Below, piece by piece: positions 55,139-63,868 of a DNA stretch of 64,000 nucleotides (position 1 is the stretch's first letter; the number at the start of each line of letters is the position of its first letter). The stretch is from Treponema sp. (lineage in GTDB: Bacteria; Spirochaetota; Spirochaetia; Treponematales; Treponemataceae). The position numbers and the translations under genes were made by a program. Location: positions 34,995 to 98,994 of the forward strand of contig JAGBXW010000006.1 in NCBI GenBank assembly GCA_017629095.1, given 5' to 3'. The notes beneath the pieces are model-generated. The model made no database searches and had not been told where the DNA came from. It saw nothing but the letters and a program-made list of their open reading frames with translations.

Positions 55139-57058
55139 ATGAAAGTTCTAGCTTCAAGAAATATTGTATTATGTTTCGTTTTGATTTTCGTTTCTATGGG
55201 ATTGTGGGGACAGGCTCATCTTTCAACCCAGGCTCATCAGGATGCGGTGAATAAGATTGTAATTACTAAAGATGGATCCACATTCTCAGCTGGAAAGGAT
55301 GGATTTCTTATTCGATGGACAGAAGATGGCATGGGAGAGCATTATCAATTAAGTGAATTGGAGATTCCCCTGATTGCCGTTCACCCTAACGGCAACGACA
55401 TTGCAGTATATGAAACTGATGGTTATTCTGTACATCGTGTTTCAGTATGGAATTGGCCAAGTCTCAGCAGAAAATTTGTAAAAACATATACAAATAATGT
55501 GTTATCATTAAATTTTACTGGTAAGGGAACACTGCTGGCTGTGGGAACTGCTACTGTAAACGGTATAGAATTTTTGAATCCCACCACAGGGCGTGCAGTT
55601 TCAAAAATTAAAGAAACAACTGGAATCGTCAGTATGTTTTACGGGAGTGCTTCAGAAAAAAGTGCTGTGGTCTACTCACCTACTGGCACTTTGATTTATT
55701 ATAACATGACAAATGGTAGTAGAAAGGAACGATTCATTACAGAAGCACAACTTGAGCAGGTCACCTTGTTCAGTAACAATATGTTTTGCGCTGGAGTGAA
55801 AAATAATCAAATTTACATTATAGATGCATTATCTGGAAAAGTTGCTGCCCGTATTTCTGCACGTTCCCCAATTCTTTTAAGTGATGATGTGAGCTCTACG
55901 CTGTATTTTGTGGAAACTGACGGTAGAAATTATACCCTAAAAGCTATAGAAACTCAAATTACAGAAGAAGGGTCTTCTATTTCAAATCCTACTACAGTAT
56001 ATAATCTTTCGGGAATCAATTCTGCAAATACAATTACTTCTGGATTTTACAACAACGGAAAAATTATGCTCGGTTCAAAGGCTGGAAATATTTTTTCTGT
56101 AGCCTTGGGACAAGGAGAAAATGCAGGAAAGGTCCTTGTTATAACAGAAAATATGTATGATAAAATCTACGACATTGCTTCTATTGGAAGTGATTTTTAC
56201 TTTTTAACCAAGGATACTATTTTCCTCTCATCCTACGACACAGGGCAGATCGACACCGTTGCACAAATCAGTGGTTTTACTAATATTATTCCCTACGGAG
56301 AAAAAGTAGTTCTTTGGTCTCATGGAACAAAAAAAGCTGTCGTTTTACTGGATTTACAGACAAAATCCCAGAAGAACCTTTTCACTCCAAAAAATTACAT
56401 TGAAAATCTCCGTCTTTTTGGAAACAAGCTTGTTTATGTCGAAGGAACTTCTACTGTAAAATTATATGATATAGAAAAAGGTTCCAATTCAGAGTTATAT
56501 GCAGGAACTGGTATCCAAGATGTTGTTTTGTATAATGATAATGAGTTATATGTGGCAAAGTCTGCATCTAGTGCTCCTCGCTCTCCCCTTATTAGTGTAA
56601 ATACGGTAACTCAAGAAACTGTTATGATGCCTATAGACGGGAATGTTGCCTTTTCTCTCAGTCTCGATGCAGAAAATGGAGCAAATGTAATTTATGGTAT
56701 TCAGGCCTCATCACAGGGCAATAAATCACAAACAACAATCTTTGCATTTTATCCAGCTCGAAAAACTGCCACATCAATTATGAAAGTAGCAGATGAAGAT
56801 TTGAATGCTTTTTTGAATATGTATGGTTCAACTATTTACACCAACATTGGGAAAAACCAAATTCGTTCCTATGATACAAAGCTCCGCAAAGAAATCCAGT
56901 TAAATCGATCCGCCTCCCTACCGCTAAAAATTGCTCGGAGCGGAAACCGTATTGCAGTATTAAACAGAGATGGTAGTATTTCTTGGTATAATGCAGGCAA
57001 TGGGACTGTATTAGCTGACTGGTACATGACCACAGAAAAACAATGGTATGAATTCTAG
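55139..57058 (+). CDS. secreted WD40/beta-propeller-like repeat protein, function unknown
   Basis: A signal-like N-terminus 'NIVLCFVLIFVSMGLWGQA'. The first repeat 'HQDAVNKIVITKDGSTFSAGKDGFLIRW' is WD40-like, and there is periodic beta-strand-rich sequence throughout. The ATG is 2 nt after the rseP stop. Confidence 0.6.
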   Translation: MKVLASRNIVLCFVLIFVSMGLWGQAHLSTQAHQDAVNKIVITKDGSTFSAGKDGFLIRWTEDGMGEHYQLSELEIPLIAVHPNGNDIAVYETDGYSVHRVSVWNWPSLSRKFVKTYTNNVLSLNFTGKGTLLAVGTATVNGIEFLNPTTGRAVSKIKETTGIVSMFYGSASEKSAVVYSPTGTLIYYNMTNGSRKERFITEAQLEQVTLFSNNMFCAGVKNNQIYIIDALSGKVAARISARSPILLSDDVSSTLYFVETDGRNYTLKAIETQITEEGSSISNPTTVYNLSGINSANTITSGFYNNGKIMLGSKAGNIFSVALGQGENAGKVLVITENMYDKIYDIASIGSDFYFLTKDTIFLSSYDTGQIDTVAQISGFTNIIPYGEKVVLWSHGTKKAVVLLDLQTKSQKNLFTPKNYIENLRLFGNKLVYVEGTSTVKLYDIEKGSNSELYAGTGIQDVVLYNDNELYVAKSASSAPRSPLISVNTVTQETVMMPIDGNVAFSLSLDAENGANVIYGIQASSQGNKSQTTIFAFYPARKTATSIMKVADEDLNAFLNMYGSTIYTNIGKNQIRSYDTKLRKEIQLNRSASLPLKIARSGNRIAVLNRDGSISWYNAGNGTVLADWYMTTEKQWYEF

Positions 57059-57076
57059 GAGAGATAAGTAAGAGGT

Positions 57077-58411
57077 TTATTCTTCCGCTTTATTTTCAAA
57101 CTTAGCATATTGTGGAAGAAACATAAGATCTACATTACCAATGGGGCCGTTACGCTGCTTTGCCAAAAGAATCTTTGCGTCAATGGCTCCATTTCCATCA
57201 TCATCAGTGGCCTTTCTTTCACGATGGATGAACATGACTACGTCTGCATCCTGTTCAATAGAACCTGAGTCACGGAGATTGGCCAGTGTAGGTTCCTTTC
57301 CTTCACTGTCACGGCTTACCTGACACAGGGCTACAATGGGAATATTCAGTTCTCGAGCCAAACTTTTAAGTGAACGAGAAATTTCTGATACCTGTTCGTG
57401 ACGAGGTGTATTTGAGCTAAAGTTTTCGCTAGTAATCAAACCGATATAGTCGATAAAAATAATTTTAACCTGATATTGTTGCTTCATTTTTCGAGCCATT
57501 GCCCGTAAATCAAGCATCTTCATATTAGGAGTATCTGCAACGCACAGAGGTGCATCATAACAAAGTCCTGCAGCATTTTGTAAACGTTGAAAATCGGCTT
57601 GTGTCAACATTCCAGAACGAATTTTAGAACCAGAAATACGAGCAACTTGGCTGATAAGTCTTTGTCCAATCTGAGTATAAGACATTTCAAGAGAAAAGAA
57701 ACCTGTAGGAATGTTTTTTTCAATAGCAATATGCTGAATCATTGATAGAGCCAATGCTGTCTTACCCATGGATGGTCGGGCTCCAATAATAATCATTTCT
57801 GAATTTTGAAAGCCACTAGTCATGGTATCCAGGGCAACAAAGCCTGAAGGAATCCCTGTATAGGCATCCTGATTATTCAAGTGTTTTTCAATAATAGAAA
57901 TTGTATCGGGAATCAACTCCAACATTGTCAACAATCGCTGACTTTGATCTGACTCAGCTAAAGCAAAGAGTTTGTTTTGGGTATCTTCCAACGTTGTTCG
58001 ACTTGGTTTTGTATCATCGTGAGCTTCAGAAATAGCTGCCGATGATATTTTGATTAATTCACGACGATTAAAATCATCCTTTACCAATTGTGCATAATAT
58101 TCCACATTGGAACTAGTAGGCACGTGATCTGGCAATGAAGCAACATAAGCTACTCCACCCGCTGCCTCTAATTGACCTGTTTGACGAAGTTCTTCCGTTA
58201 AAGTAAGAATATCACCTCGTTGTCCCTTATTATATAAGGAAAGGATTGCTTTAAAAACTGTTTGATGTTGTAGTGAATAAAAACTTTCTGATCTAAGATG
58301 TACAATCACAGAACCAACCGCATCCCAATCTAAGAGTACAGCCCCTAACGTAGCTTGTTCCGCTTCTAAATTATGGGGTGGTATCTTATCCTTAAGGGAT
58401 GCGGTGGTCAT
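57077..58411 (-). CDS. dnaB: replicative DNA helicase
   Basis: 'PPHNLEAEQATLGAVLLD', Walker A 'GARPSMGKTALAL', 'IFIDYIGLI' and 'VALCQVSRD'. Confidence 0.96.
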   Translation of the reverse strand: MTTASLKDKIPPHNLEAEQATLGAVLLDWDAVGSVIVHLRSESFYSLQHQTVFKAILSLYNKGQRGDILTLTEELRQTGQLEAAGGVAYVASLPDHVPTSSNVEYYAQLVKDDFNRRELIKISSAAISEAHDDTKPSRTTLEDTQNKLFALAESDQSQRLLTMLELIPDTISIIEKHLNNQDAYTGIPSGFVALDTMTSGFQNSEMIIIGARPSMGKTALALSMIQHIAIEKNIPTGFFSLEMSYTQIGQRLISQVARISGSKIRSGMLTQADFQRLQNAAGLCYDAPLCVADTPNMKMLDLRAMARKMKQQYQVKIIFIDYIGLITSENFSSNTPRHEQVSEISRSLKSLARELNIPIVALCQVSRDSEGKEPTLANLRDSGSIEQDADVVMFIHRERKATDDDGNGAIDAKILLAKQRNGPIGNVDLMFLPQYAKFENKAEE

Positions 58412-58413
58412 GA

Positions 58414-58935
58414 TTAAGCCTCAGCTGATTCAGCAGCAGGCTGTGCTTCTTTTTCCTTTGCGACAGTTTCTGCAACCTTAGCTGCATCTTCCTGAGAAAT
58501 TACTTCAATTTTGAGTTCAGCTGTAGCAGCCTCATACAAACGTACTGTTGCATGATACTTACCAACGGTCTTGATTGCATTTCCAGCAATTTCAATGCGC
58601 TTGCGTTCAATGTCAAATCCATTCTTGTGCAATTCATCTGCAACAGTCTGGTTTGTAACTGCACCATACAACTTTCCGTTAGGACCAGCTGGCATAACCA
58701 AAGATACAGTAAATCCTTCCAACTTTTCCTTAAGACTAGCAGCATCCTTACGCTTTTCAGCCTTGCGAGCCTCAATCTCAGCCTTGCGACCTTCAAAATA
58801 GGCTACAGTCATTTCATTATATGGAAGAGCCAAATTGCGAGGAAGCAGATAGTTACGAGCATATCCGTTGGCTACAACCTTTACATCACCCTCTTCACCG
58901 AGGTGCTTTACATCCTGATTAAGAATTACCTTCAT
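58414..58935 (-). CDS. rplI: 50S ribosomal protein L9
   Basis: 'MKVILNQDVKHLGEEGDVKVVANGYARNYLLP'. Confidence 0.95.
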   Translation of the reverse strand: MKVILNQDVKHLGEEGDVKVVANGYARNYLLPRNLALPYNEMTVAYFEGRKAEIEARKAEKRKDAASLKEKLEGFTVSLVMPAGPNGKLYGAVTNQTVADELHKNGFDIERKRIEIAGNAIKTVGKYHATVRLYEAATAELKIEVISQEDAAKVAETVAKEKEAQPAAESAEA

Positions 58936-59046
58936 TTACAAGCTCCATTATTGTGTTTAAAACACTTGTACATTTAGTACAAAATAATAAATGACACCCT
59001 AGCTTCCGGGAGTCGGACTAGGGCTCATATCTAAAAATCTATAAAA

Positions 59047-59358
59047 TTAGTTTGCTACGAAAGGAAGCAAGCAGATTGCACGTGCCCGCTTGATTTCCAA
59101 TGCCAAACGGCGCTGATGCTTTGCACAAGTACCAGTAATGCGGCGAGGAAGAATCTTTCCGCGCTCTGTGGTAAAGCGACGCAGACCGTCTGCATCCTTA
59201 TAATCAATCTTTGCCTTCTGAGCACAGAAACGACAAACCTTCTTGCGGAAGAATGTCTTTCCCTTTGCACGTGGAGCACGCTCATCAGCGTCACGAATAA
59301 CATCCTGCATCTGTACATCAGGTGTTGTATCAATATCCTTGATCATTTCTTCTGACAT
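59047..59358 (-). CDS. rpsR: 30S ribosomal protein S18 (with N-terminal extension)
   Basis: '[10 protein letters not shown]...IDYKD...[25 protein letters not shown]'. Confidence 0.95.
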   Translation of the reverse strand: MSEEMIKDIDTTPDVQMQDVIRDADERAPRAKGKTFFRKKVCRFCAQKAKIDYKDADGLRRFTTERGKILPRRITGTCAKHQRRLALEIKRARAICLLPFVAN

Positions 59359-59392
59359 GTTAATTCTCCTATAAGATAGCTGACCTTACAGC

Positions 59393-59887
59393 TTAAAATG
59401 GAATGTCCTCTGGGAATGAATCATTTCCACCACCATAGGGTGATGGCTCATAAGAATCATAAGCTCCAGAAGGACCAGATGGTTCCTGCATTCTTGGTTG
59501 ATAGGTTCCTCGATTATTCTGGCTATATCCCCCAGCAGGTGAAGTCCCACCGGAACCAGCATTTCCACCGAGAAGCTGAACGTTATTTGCCACAATCACC
59601 ACCTTACTTCGTGGTTGGCCATCCTGCTCCCATCTATCCTGACGCAATTCTCCATCTATAGCCACCTGTTTTCCTTTAATAAGGTATGGCTTCAGGCTTT
59701 CAGCAGACTTTCCATACAGGTTGATTTCAAAGAAATTAGCCTCTTCAATCCACTGGTCGCCGTTTTTTCGGCGGCGGTTCACGGCAATAGAAAAATTGGA
59801 GATAGCAAATCCACCAGATGTGTATTTTAAGTCTGCATCCCGGGTAAGCCGTCCAATTATCATGATGTGATTAATATCAGCTGCCAT
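59393..59887 (-). CDS. ssb: single-stranded DNA-binding protein
   Basis: 'INHIMIIGRLTRDADLKYT' (OB fold), a Gly/Pro/Gln-rich linker and a C-terminal 'EDIPF' tip. Confidence 0.95.
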   Translation of the reverse strand: MAADINHIMIIGRLTRDADLKYTSGGFAISNFSIAVNRRRKNGDQWIEEANFFEINLYGKSAESLKPYLIKGKQVAIDGELRQDRWEQDGQPRSKVVIVANNVQLLGGNAGSGGTSPAGGYSQNNRGTYQPRMQEPSGPSGAYDSYEPSPYGGGNDSFPEDIPF

Positions 59888-59909
59888 AACGCCTCCTTTG
59901 GAATAATTG

Positions 59910-60191
59910 CTACTCGTCGATTTTTACGAACATGCACTTCAACAATTCAGGATTCAACTTGAACTGTCGGTTAAGCTCTACAAGTTTAGCAGGATTTACC
60001 TTGATAATCAGCAGGAGGAATCGACCTCTTTTCTGCTTCTTTACTTCATAGCAAAGATCTCTGTCTCCGAAGGGTTCTTCCTTCTCAATTTCCACGCCAT
60101 ACTCGCTCAAAGTAGAACGAAGTGTAGCGAGCCCTGCATTGTACTTCTCTTCCTCTGCGGGGAAGATAGTCATCAGCTCATACTTTCTCAT
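59910..60191 (-). CDS. rpsF: 30S ribosomal protein S6
   Basis: 'MRKYELMTIF' and its position at the head of rpsF-ssb-rpsR-rplI. Confidence 0.93.
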   Translation of the reverse strand: MRKYELMTIFPAEEEKYNAGLATLRSTLSEYGVEIEKEEPFGDRDLCYEVKKQKRGRFLLLIIKVNPAKLVELNRQFKLNPELLKCMFVKIDE

Positions 60192-60211
60192 AGTATCTCC
60201 TTATGGTCGAT

Positions 60212-60237
60212 TTGGGAGGGTATAATAATCCCTCCAA
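60212..60237 (-). promoter_or_regulatory. 5'-UTR hairpin of rpsF (candidate S6:S18 autoregulatory leader)
   Basis: Minus strand: TTGGAGGG-ATTATTATA-CCCTCCCAA (8-9 bp stem with one bulge). It lies between the predicted promoter and the RBS AAGGAG. Confidence 0.4.
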
Positions 60238-60247
60238 GGGTTCGAGT

Positions 60248-60276
60248 ATTCTATAAGAAAATTAAAAATAAATCAA
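60248..60276 (-). promoter_or_regulatory. sigma-70-like promoter of the rpsF operon
   Basis: Minus strand: TTGATT (60276-71), a 17-nt spacer, then TAGAAT (60253-48). Confidence 0.5.
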
Positions 60277-60354
60277 TCACTATCGGCATTTATCGTAAAA
60301 AACAGTATATCATTTTTTCTTTCTATGGTATAGTTTTTATGGAGGAAGATTAAA

Positions 60355-61182
60355 ATGGATAATAAACAATTTAAACGTATTGTGGTATTGTATTTTAGCC
60401 CAACAGGCAATGCACGAAAAGTTGCTACAGAAATTGGAGAAAAGCTTTCCCAAATTTTACAGTTGCCTGTAGAAAAAATGAGTTTCACCTTACCCAAGGA
60501 GCGGAAAAATAGCTTTATTTTTAGCCAAGACGATATTGTCATTTGTACTACACCTGTGTATGCTGGTCGTCTGCCAAACAAACTGCTTCCTTTTATTCAG
60601 GAAAATATTAAGGGAAACGGAGCCATAGCTATAACGGTAAATGTTTTTGGAAACAGAAATTATGATAATGCTCCAATAGAATTCTACAATGAGATGAAAA
60701 AGAATGGCTTTGCTGTAGCCGGTGTAGCTGCTATTCCTACGGAACATGTCTTTTTAGAAGATATTGGCCGAGGAAGACCAACGTCACAGGATATGGTTCC
60801 TGCTTTTGATTTTGCAGAAAAGGTTGCAAAAAAGATTTTAGAAGGAAATGTATCTGGTGACTTAGACGTTCCTGGTGCCTACCCTGCTCCTTACTACACA
60901 CCCTTAGGAGAGGATAATCAGCCTGTGCAGTTTTTGAAAGCAAAACCAGAAACACATCTTGAGCTTTGTGATTCCTGTGGAGCCTGTGCAAGACGTTGTC
61001 CCATGGGAGCTATTTCCTTTGAAGATACGAGCCTTGTACCTGGAATTTGTATTAAATGTCAGGCTTGTGTCAAAGTTTGTCACACAAAGGCAAAACATTT
61101 TACTGATAAAGCATTTTTATCCCACGTACAGATGTTGGCAAACAATTATCTGCGTCCAGCAGAAGGCGTTTTTGTAGTTTAA
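60355..61182 (+). CDS. flavodoxin-like domain fused to a 2x[4Fe-4S] ferredoxin domain (EFR1-type)
   Basis: The N-terminal 'IVVLYFSPTGNARKVA' is flavodoxin-like. The C-terminus carries 'CDSCGACARRCP' and 'CIKCQACVKVCH' cluster motifs. Confidence 0.7.
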   Translation: MDNKQFKRIVVLYFSPTGNARKVATEIGEKLSQILQLPVEKMSFTLPKERKNSFIFSQDDIVICTTPVYAGRLPNKLLPFIQENIKGNGAIAITVNVFGNRNYDNAPIEFYNEMKKNGFAVAGVAAIPTEHVFLEDIGRGRPTSQDMVPAFDFAEKVAKKILEGNVSGDLDVPGAYPAPYYTPLGEDNQPVQFLKAKPETHLELCDSCGACARRCPMGAISFEDTSLVPGICIKCQACVKVCHTKAKHFTDKAFLSHVQMLANNYLRPAEGVFVV

Positions 61183-61215
61183 GTTTGATTACATAGTGAT
61201 TTTTGGAGAATGTAA

Positions 61216-61569
61216 ATGATCGATTTTTTTTGGTATCCTCGTTGTGGAACCTGTCAAAAGGCTAAGAAATGGCTTGAAGCAAACAATATTGACTTTGTTG
61301 CTACGGATTTAAAGGAAGAAAAGCCCAGTCGTAACCAGTTGGAAGATTGGTTTAACAAAAGTGGTTTGCCCTTGAAGAAATTTTTCAATACCAGTGGCCA
61401 AGTTTACAAGTCTATGGAATTGAAGGACAAGCTCCCTACCATGAGTCAAGATGAGCAGCTCGATTTGTTGGCTAGCGATGGAATGCTGGTAAAGCGACCT
61501 ATCGTAATTTCAGGAGATATAGTCCTAGTTGGGTTTAAGGAAGCTGACTGGGAAGAAAAGTTACAATAA
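61216..61569 (+). CDS. ArsC/Spx/MgsR-family (YffB-like) thioredoxin-fold protein
   Basis: 'YPRCGTCQKAKKWLEANNIDF', 'FFNTSGQVYK' and 'LLASDGMLVKRPIV'. Confidence 0.8.
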   Translation: MIDFFWYPRCGTCQKAKKWLEANNIDFVATDLKEEKPSRNQLEDWFNKSGLPLKKFFNTSGQVYKSMELKDKLPTMSQDEQLDLLASDGMLVKRPIVISGDIVLVGFKEADWEEKLQ

Positions 61570-61580
61570 TTTTTTAATGA

Positions 61581-61625
61581 AAAAAGGCTGGCAGGAATAC
61601 AACTTTCCATGCCAGCCTTTTTTTA
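61581..61625. terminator. bidirectional intrinsic terminator between convergent genes
   Basis: A stem GGCTGGCA..TGCCAGCC flanked by A5 upstream and T8 downstream. Confidence 0.75.
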
Positions 61626-61654
61626 TGCAATGCTAGAAATAAGCAGTAATCCCA

Positions 61655-62143
61655 TTAGAAGTGGAAACGGAGACCTGCGTTTGCAGCAACTCCCCAGTGA
61701 AGTCCAACTTTAGGAAGGATAGCTACACCAATCTGAGGCACAGCCTGAATGTATGGCTCAATCTCAATCTTTTCAACAGGAATCATCATGTTCAATCCAA
61801 TGGGAAGACGAGCTACAAGGGTAAGTCCCAAATAGTCATTGCCAATACCTACAGATGCACCAGCACCGGCACCCAAGAACCAACTTAAAGGTCCAACAGC
61901 TGTATCAACTAAAGGGTCATGAATAAACCAATAATCACCTGTAAGTCCAACACCAAAATAACCATCATGGAACTGAAGATCAGCAGCAAACACTAATGGA
62001 CTATCATTAAGAGTAAAAGTAATAGCGGCTCCACCCATTGCAGGATATCCACCACCACCCTGTACACCAATACTCCAAGCAAAAGCTCCACCAACGCAAA
62101 CTACCATCAGTAGTGCAGCAACAACTAAAATTTTCTTGTTCAC
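61655..62143 (-). CDS. small Gly-rich secreted protein; candidate 8-stranded outer-membrane beta-barrel
   Basis: It has a GTG start with GGAGG 6 nt upstream. The signal peptide is 'MNKKILVVAALLMVVCVGGAFA'. The ~140-aa mature part has alternating hydrophobic/aromatic residues. The C-terminus 'GVAANAGLRFHF' ends in Phe, like an OMP beta-signal. Confidence 0.6.
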   Translation of the reverse strand: MNKKILVVAALLMVVCVGGAFAWSIGVQGGGGYPAMGGAAITFTLNDSPLVFAADLQFHDGYFGVGLTGDYWFIHDPLVDTAVGPLSWFLGAGAGASVGIGNDYLGLTLVARLPIGLNMMIPVEKIEIEPYIQAVPQIGVAILPKVGLHWGVAANAGLRFHF

Positions 62144-62174
62144 ATTAAACCTCCTATGTGAGAAACATAGCTCT

Positions 62175-62203
62175 ATTATAACAGAAAATTAACAAAATTA
62201 CAA
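62175..62203 (-). promoter_or_regulatory. strong sigma-70-like promoter of the small OMP-candidate gene
   Basis: Minus strand: TTGTAA (62203-198), a 17-nt spacer, then TATAAT (62180-75). Confidence 0.6.
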
Positions 62204-62231
62204 GAAAATTTGATTGATTTTAGTTTGAGGC

Positions 62232-62292
62232 GAAAAAAAAATAGAGATAGGTTTATATAAAACATCATGTGTTTTTATATGAACCTATCTCT
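62232..62292 (-). terminator. long-stem intrinsic terminator of the carboxyltransferase gene
   Basis: A ~22-bp near-perfect inverted repeat (AGAGATAGGTTTATATAAAACA / TGTTTTTATATGAACCTATCTCT) is followed on the minus strand by T9. Confidence 0.85.
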
Positions 62293-62331
62293 GAAGGAGG
62301 AAATTTTATCTCAGTTGATTCAAATCAAGAA

Positions 62332-63819
62332 TTACAAAGGAATATTTCCGTGCTTTTTTTCTACACGAGAAGTAGATTTCTTGCTCTTCAACAATCGTAG
62401 ACACTGGGAAATCTTTTTTCTTGTATCTTCGGGATTGATAACCTCTGATACATAGCCCTGCTCTGCAGCAGTTTTGGGAGTCATAACAGTTTCCCGATAT
62501 TCCTTTAGTTTTTCCTCAATTATCTGAGCTTTAGATGGGTCTTGCACTTCCTTTGCGTAAAGAATCTGGATTGCACCTTCGGCACCCATTACTGCAATTT
62601 CTGCCTTGGGCCATGCAAATACAAAGTCTGCACCAATATGCTTGGAACACATGGAAATATAAGCTCCACCATAGGCCTTTCGGGTAATGACAGTAATTTT
62701 AGGAACTGTTGCTTCTGAATAGGCATAAATCAACTTTGCACCGTGTCGAATAATACCCTTTTGTTCTTCCTGTGGTCCAGGAACAAATCCAGGAACGTCT
62801 ACCAAGCTTAACAAAGGAACATTGAATGCATCGCAGAAACGGATAAAACGAGCAGCCTTGTCGGAGGCATCACAGTTAAGGATTCCTCCCAAACCAGCTG
62901 GGTTATTGGCAACGATACCAACAGTACGTCCTTCGATACGGGCAAATCCCACAACGATGTTGATGGCAAACTCCTGCATAACCTCAAAGAAGCTGTCATC
63001 GTCTACCAAACAGTCAATTACATTGCGAATATCGTATCCCTGAGTTCCTCTGTCTGGAAGCACTTCCACAATCTTCTTTGCCTTTTTCCGGGCATCGTAG
63101 CGAGCAGAAGCGGAGGGAACACGATCCCCATAATAATGAGGGATATAGTCCAAAAGCTTGCGAACCTTGGTAAAACAGTCCTTTTCGTCTGGACAACGGA
63201 AGTGGGACACACCAGATTTCTGGGAATGAATTGCACCACCTCCCAAATCTTCCTCGGTAATATCCATGAACATAACACTCTTTACTACCTTAGGACCAGT
63301 AATGAACATATAGCTGATTTCATCAACAGTAAAGATGAAGTCGGTAATTCCAGGAGAATATACAGCACCACCAGCACAGGGACCTGCAATGATGGAAATC
63401 TGAGGAATATATCCTGATGCACGAACATTCTGGAAAAAGAGATTTCCGTAGCCAGCCAAGGAGTTTACTCCTTCCTGAATACGAGCTCCACCAGAATCAT
63501 TGATTCCAATAACAGGACAACGAGCTTCAATAGCCATTTCGATAATCTGGGCAATCTTGTCTCCGTGCATCTTTCCAAGCGAACCACCTTGTACGGTAAA
63601 GTCCTGAGCATAGATGGCTACACGACGACCATTAATCATTCCAAATCCAGTGATAACACCATCATAAGGAATCTCCTTACCAGCCATACCAAAACTTGTA
63701 CAGTTGTGGTGAACACCAGAATAGATTTCCATGAAGGAATCTTTATCTACCAGTGCGTTAATTCTTTCGATGGCATGTAGTTTGCCCTTTGCGTGCTGAC
63801 GCTCTAAATTATATTCCAT
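62332..63819 (-). CDS. acyl-CoA carboxyltransferase (methylmalonyl-CoA decarboxylase alpha / propionyl-CoA carboxylase beta type)
   Basis: 'GKLHAIERINALVD', 'DFTVQGGSLG', 'GGARIQEGV', 'GPCAGGAVYSPG' and the C-terminal 'KKHGNIPL' are typical of the carboxyl transferase family. Confidence 0.93.
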   Translation of the reverse strand: MEYNLERQHAKGKLHAIERINALVDKDSFMEIYSGVHHNCTSFGMAGKEIPYDGVITGFGMINGRRVAIYAQDFTVQGGSLGKMHGDKIAQIIEMAIEARCPVIGINDSGGARIQEGVNSLAGYGNLFFQNVRASGYIPQISIIAGPCAGGAVYSPGITDFIFTVDEISYMFITGPKVVKSVMFMDITEEDLGGGAIHSQKSGVSHFRCPDEKDCFTKVRKLLDYIPHYYGDRVPSASARYDARKKAKKIVEVLPDRGTQGYDIRNVIDCLVDDDSFFEVMQEFAINIVVGFARIEGRTVGIVANNPAGLGGILNCDASDKAARFIRFCDAFNVPLLSLVDVPGFVPGPQEEQKGIIRHGAKLIYAYSEATVPKITVITRKAYGGAYISMCSKHIGADFVFAWPKAEIAVMGAEGAIQILYAKEVQDPSKAQIIEEKLKEYRETVMTPKTAAEQGYVSEVINPEDTRKKISQCLRLLKSKKSTSRVEKKHGNIPL

Positions 63820-63868
63820 AGTTTAAGATACCTCTTACATTCATTTAGACAAAAATAGTAATAATGTC

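Noticed and set aside
62267-62455. A 62-aa plus-strand ORF at the 3' end of the carboxyltransferase gene.
   Set aside because: It starts inside the terminator stem and runs antisense to the conserved C-terminus (KKHGNIPL) of the carboxyltransferase. It has no RBS.
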